In this document: positions 60,191 to 64,000 of the stretch, in pieces
How the letters are laid out: each line of letters starts with the position of its first letter
Numbering within the stretch: the stretch's first letter is position 1
NCBI GenBank assembly: GCA_050011875.1
Contig: JBEKIG010000001.1
Coordinates: 96,001 to 160,000 of the forward strand
DNA: 64,000 bases
Direction: 5' to 3'
Source: Nitrososphaeria archaeon
GTDB taxonomy: Archaea > Thermoproteota > Nitrososphaeria > JACIWG01
Made by a program: the position numbers and the translations under genes
The notes under the pieces: generated by a model
Told to the model about the DNA's origin: nothing
Seen by the model: only the letters and a program-made list of their open reading frames with translations
Databases searched by the model: none

Positions 60191-61204
60191 TTAACTGAAA
60201 TACTTGTCAATCTTGCTATACCCTTTACCGTTCACTTTCCTTATACCTCTAGTTCTGAAGGCATATCTTCTTTCTTTTCTTGAGAACTTTTCTAATTTTC
60301 CACAAATCCATTCATCATAGGATTTTCTTATAGGATGGGGTAGTGAAGTAATATCAAATCCAATTTTTTTAAATGTATAGAGTGCTTCCATAATCCACTG
60401 TTTCTTGGCTTGAATTGTTTCTGAGTCTATATTACGCCATCCTGGGAAAAGAGACTTCATATTATTATAGATAGCATCTATTTGCAAATCTACAGCCGTA
60501 CCTTTAGGAAGATTTGAGGAGTATGATGGAAAAACGTGCATTAATAATACTTTCATGGTATATTGGATAGGTGGTTTTTGTACAACGAACAAAAATTTAG
60601 AACGCAAATATTGCAATACATCAGCAGGAACAGGTATTCCTCCTGGCTCATTTACAAACTTCTCCAACTCATTATTCTTTGTTTTACCATACTCACAATT
60701 TAACCTCATCTCGTCACTAAAGTCCTTGCTTGTTTTCTTTTTCTTAATAAATGCCCAGCTCCAAACTGCAAGATTATCTGGCTTCAAGAAATCGTTATCA
60801 GGAGAGCTCGTCAATTCTTTAATTGAATTGACTACAATTTTAGTGTCTTCGACATGGCATATAAGTATAACATCATTATGCTCCAATACGGTAGAAGACA
60901 CATTTAATTTACAATTGACACTGAAATAACGTTTAAGGTCAAGCAGTTCGTCTTTAATTGTTCTTTGAGAGACCGCCCACTTTAGTTCAAAAAAAATACA
61001 ATTACGTTCATCATCGTACGTTGCAATGAGGTCTGGAGTAATCTTTTCGTTTGTTAAAGTTGTAATTGTTCTTTCTATCCCAAAGAATTTACCAACACTT
61101 GGATTTTTGATCAAAATTTCTCTAATAGCTGCTAAAACGATGACAGCATCAGAATATTTAGCAGAGTCTTCAAGGCATTTTGTAATTATTATGCTTTCAG
61201 ACAA
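60191..61204 (-). CDS. Putative PD-(D/E)xK nuclease-domain protein
   Basis: ITPDLIATY...IFFELK motif, followed by a helix with L..Y; second gene of a tight operon. Confidence 0.7.
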   Translation of the reverse strand: MSESIIITKCLEDSAKYSDAVIVLAAIREILIKNPSVGKFFGIERTITTLTNEKITPDLIATYDDERNCIFFELKWAVSQRTIKDELLDLKRYFSVNCKLNVSSTVLEHNDVILICHVEDTKIVVNSIKELTSSPDNDFLKPDNLAVWSWAFIKKKKTSKDFSDEMRLNCEYGKTKNNELEKFVNEPGGIPVPADVLQYLRSKFLFVVQKPPIQYTMKVLLMHVFPSYSSNLPKGTAVDLQIDAIYNNMKSLFPGWRNIDSETIQAKKQWIMEALYTFKKIGFDITSLPHPIRKSYDEWICGKLEKFSRKERRYAFRTRGIRKVNGKGYSKIDKYFS

Positions 61205-61205
61205 C

Positions 61206-62261
61206 CTAAATTACCGTTATATTACCTTCCCCTAATAAATCTTGAACTTTTCCAGCTAGTTTCCATAATGCTGGATTTGTAGTCCTAAGCATTGGTGTGA
61301 TAGTAACTGTATTATCTAACACAGTTAAGCCAAATGATGAACCGTCATAATAGTCTAAGAGATCTGCTGAGAAATAGGGGTTTCCACTATGCGAAATCGA
61401 TACCATATAGTCAGATCTAAGTTCTTGTGCAATATTTTTTAAATCTTCGATACTAAAAGGCTTAGGATAAGTAATTACGCAAGGATGCAACTCAACTTCT
61501 TCCTCAACGACTTTTCTTCTTACTTGTTCATATTTTCTATTTAACTCTATCGAGAGGTTAATAACTTCTAGCAAGACATTTTGGAAATAGCTTGTAAAAT
61601 TTCCATAGACCAGTTCCGAGAAACCTCTATTAGTTATTATAGCATCTAGCAAAGTCATTTTTTCTTGATTTATTACTTTAAAACGAAGTTTCTTTACCCA
61701 AATAGATTTTTCTCTTGCTTCCTTTAATAGTCTATCTCCAGCCTTCTCTCCACGTAATATCATATACTCGACTTCTGGACCATTTCTGTAACCTATGGAA
61801 AAACGTGTAATAAATTTCTGTCCTTGATACAAACTCTTTGCTTTTTCAAGAAGATCTAGTATTTGTGAGTAATTTAGATAAATCCTAGTTATTTTTGGGT
61901 AAAGACCATCAATTAAACTTCCAAATACTTTATCAGCCAAATAGTGCTTAGCCATCGTGGACATAATCCAGAATGAGGATTTGACATCTAATAGAACCGT
62001 TCCCTTCACTATTTTATTTTTTGATATTTGTTTCTCTATGGATAATCTATAAAAATTGTGTTCTAGCTTATTCAAATCCAGAGAAAATTTTTTCCTAAGC
62101 TTGCTATCATCCTGAACAAGTCTCCCTATCTGCTCTGGATTCAGATCGGTAAGGACAATCATGTTTTTCAAGAGGGGCCTGAGCTCCCGCTTAGTGTAGA
62201 TATTATTAAGTAAATCGTCCATATCTTCACGGTTGCTTATCTTGAGGAGCAGGTCTTGCAT
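61206..62261 (-). CDS. Uncharacterised protein, partner of the nuclease gene
   Basis: 351-aa ORF with a conserved-looking C-terminal HSGNPYF..L.DY.DGSSF motif; 1-bp gap to the next gene. Confidence 0.75.
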   Translation of the reverse strand: MQDLLLKISNREDMDDLLNNIYTKRELRPLLKNMIVLTDLNPEQIGRLVQDDSKLRKKFSLDLNKLEHNFYRLSIEKQISKNKIVKGTVLLDVKSSFWIMSTMAKHYLADKVFGSLIDGLYPKITRIYLNYSQILDLLEKAKSLYQGQKFITRFSIGYRNGPEVEYMILRGEKAGDRLLKEAREKSIWVKKLRFKVINQEKMTLLDAIITNRGFSELVYGNFTSYFQNVLLEVINLSIELNRKYEQVRRKVVEEEVELHPCVITYPKPFSIEDLKNIAQELRSDYMVSISHSGNPYFSADLLDYYDGSSFGLTVLDNTVTITPMLRTTNPALWKLAGKVQDLLGEGNITVI

Positions 62262-62523
62262 GTTCTATCATATATCCTTACTACCTTTTAATTAATCTTT
62301 TTTTATTGTTTCCATAATACGGTCCTAACTGTTGCTTATGCTGCATCAGCTCTGGCTCTGGGAGACGTTGGAAATATAGGATATGTTGGCGTTGGGAGGG
62401 GTGGTTAAATAATAGTAGTATAATGATAATAAATGATTAATTATGGCTACATGTTTAATGTAATGTTAAAATAAATTTGAGGTATTTTCAGCTTCCAGAG
62501 AACTTCTTCTATTAATAAAAGTT

Positions 62524-63072
62524 CTAAAGTGATTGGTATTTCTGTTGATATTCTTTGGATCGGATATTATTTAATTTTTTTGTTGTATTGATTATTGAGT
62601 CAACAATACCCGAGTAGTTCATTGGGAAATTCAGATACAAAGTCATATTAGCTTTTGGAGCATAAGGACGTGAGTCTCTCATCTCTAGCTCTAGCGACAT
62701 TAGTTGAGTGATAAGATAATTATCTAAATCTACATCTATTCCCTTGATAACTGTATTCGAGATGGATAAGCTGAAGTTTCTTAGTTGTTCTAAGTACACA
62801 TAACCTTGTGTATCCACATTATTGCCCAACTTCAAAGTGTCATTTGTTAAAGTAGAATTGTTTGCAATATGATTTCTTAGAGCTTCTATGGCAATGAGCA
62901 AGTTGTTGGCAGAAGCAGTAAGAGGAACAAAATCTGTCATATATGAAAGCCTGGATTGATTCTTATTATAAGCCTTCAATGAAAAAAAATACCCAAGAAA
63001 TGCGCCGACCAATATGCCAACCAATGTTCCTATTACGCCAATAAGAGCAGATGTATCAAATGAACTTTCCAT
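62524..63072 (-). CDS. Hypothetical protein with an N-terminal TM helix
   Basis: GVIGTLVGILVG TM segment followed by a helical domain. Confidence 0.6.
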   Translation of the reverse strand: MESSFDTSALIGVIGTLVGILVGAFLGYFFSLKAYNKNQSRLSYMTDFVPLTASANNLLIAIEALRNHIANNSTLTNDTLKLGNNVDTQGYVYLEQLRNFSLSISNTVIKGIDVDLDNYLITQLMSLELEMRDSRPYAPKANMTLYLNFPMNYSGIVDSIINTTKKLNNIRSKEYQQKYQSL

Positions 63073-63622
63073 TTGATACCCGCTGTTCGTAGTCTTTATG
63101 TTAGAAGACGCTAGAGCAATGTATGAATTATTGGAGTGTAGTGTTCCAAATACAAATATTAGTAATAGTATAAGAAGAACAGAGATTACTGTATTTTGTT
63201 TGGTTATGTTTTACACTTGATTTGGAATAAGTTCAATAAGCAAGATATAAAGCTTATTAAAACGCAGATTCATGCTTCAATATCTTTAATAACTTTTGGT
63301 GAACCGTATTCGCTTAATCTACAGATTCCATTTAGTGAGATACTTTTAATTGATTTTCATTTGGTTATCTTTGTGTAATTAGTCTTCCAAAACTATTGAA
63401 TATTACCTAAAGTTGTAACTTTCTTAATTCTCTTATACTGGGATCTGTTTTAAATTGTTTTCTAATCCAAGAATTATATCTTCCATTTTTTAAAATCATC
63501 TTAGAAAAGGATTATTAGCAGATTATACTGTCGTCTCTCCATCATTTTTCACTCTGATTACTTCAAAAACTTTTAAAGGCCGGGGCTGATTTTTATTAAT
63601 GATGTAGGAAAGGATTGTTAAA

Positions 63623-64000
63623 ATGATGCCTGAAGAAAAAGCAAGAGTAAAGATCGACCAACTCCTCGAGGCTGCAGGATGGAAAGTTCAAGACATTAAG
63701 GAATTGAACTTTAGTGTTTCCTTGGGAGTTGCTGTACGAAATTTTTCTTTAGAATCAGGCATCGCTGATTATCTGATCTTTGTTGACAGGAAAGCCGTTG
63801 GTGTTATTGAAGCGAAGCCTGAAGGCACAACACTAAGTGGTGTATCTGAGCAGACTGAAAAGTATTTGCTGGGCGTCCCTGACAATGTTCCGCATGTTCA
63901 AGAGCCACTTCCCTTCGCTTATGAGAGCACAGGTGTTGAAACTTTTTTCAGGGATACGCGTGATCCAGAACCACGTTCTAGGAGAATATTCGCCTTTCAT
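63623..64000 (+). CDS. hsdR: Type I restriction endonuclease R subunit, 5' part (truncated by the window end)
   Basis: Manual translation: MMPEEKARVKIDQLLEAAGW...GIADYLIFVDRKAVGVIEAKP...PFAYESTG. Confidence 0.93.
   Translation, partial: MMPEEKARVKIDQLLEAAGWKVQDIKELNFSVSLGVAVRNFSLESGIADYLIFVDRKAVGVIEAKPEGTTLSGVSEQTEKYLLGVPDNVPHVQEPLPFAYESTGVETFFRDTRDPEPRSRRIFAFH

Overview
Archaeal chromosomal segment of low-to-moderate GC. The TBP and TFB sequences and the gene content point to a TACK lineage, most likely a basal, non-ammonia-oxidising Nitrososphaerota-like organism; this placement is an inference. The left half (1-35 kb) is mostly housekeeping: sec11, fprA, tbp, pyrE, ard1/rimI, sui1, tfb, HDAC, two AlaX editing proteins, trxB, an S8 protease, suhB, dUTPase/dCTP deaminase-like genes and an intron-containing tRNA-Tyr. 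It also carries a complete hoxEFUYH (group 3d-type) NiFe hydrogenase operon. The right half is accessory-like: a multi-PAS/GAF histidine kinase with a receiver protein, catabolic and stress genes, a split pst/phoU locus, a membrane-anchored wHTH regulator with three phased palindromic operators facing Thr-rich surface proteins, and an AT-rich defence-island edge. That edge holds an uncharacterised two-gene PD-(D/E)xK nuclease operon and the 5' end of a type I hsdR. Many genes are interrupted or decayed. No CRISPR array, rRNA or intact transposase/integrase was seen. All calls come from reading motifs by eye, without database searches.
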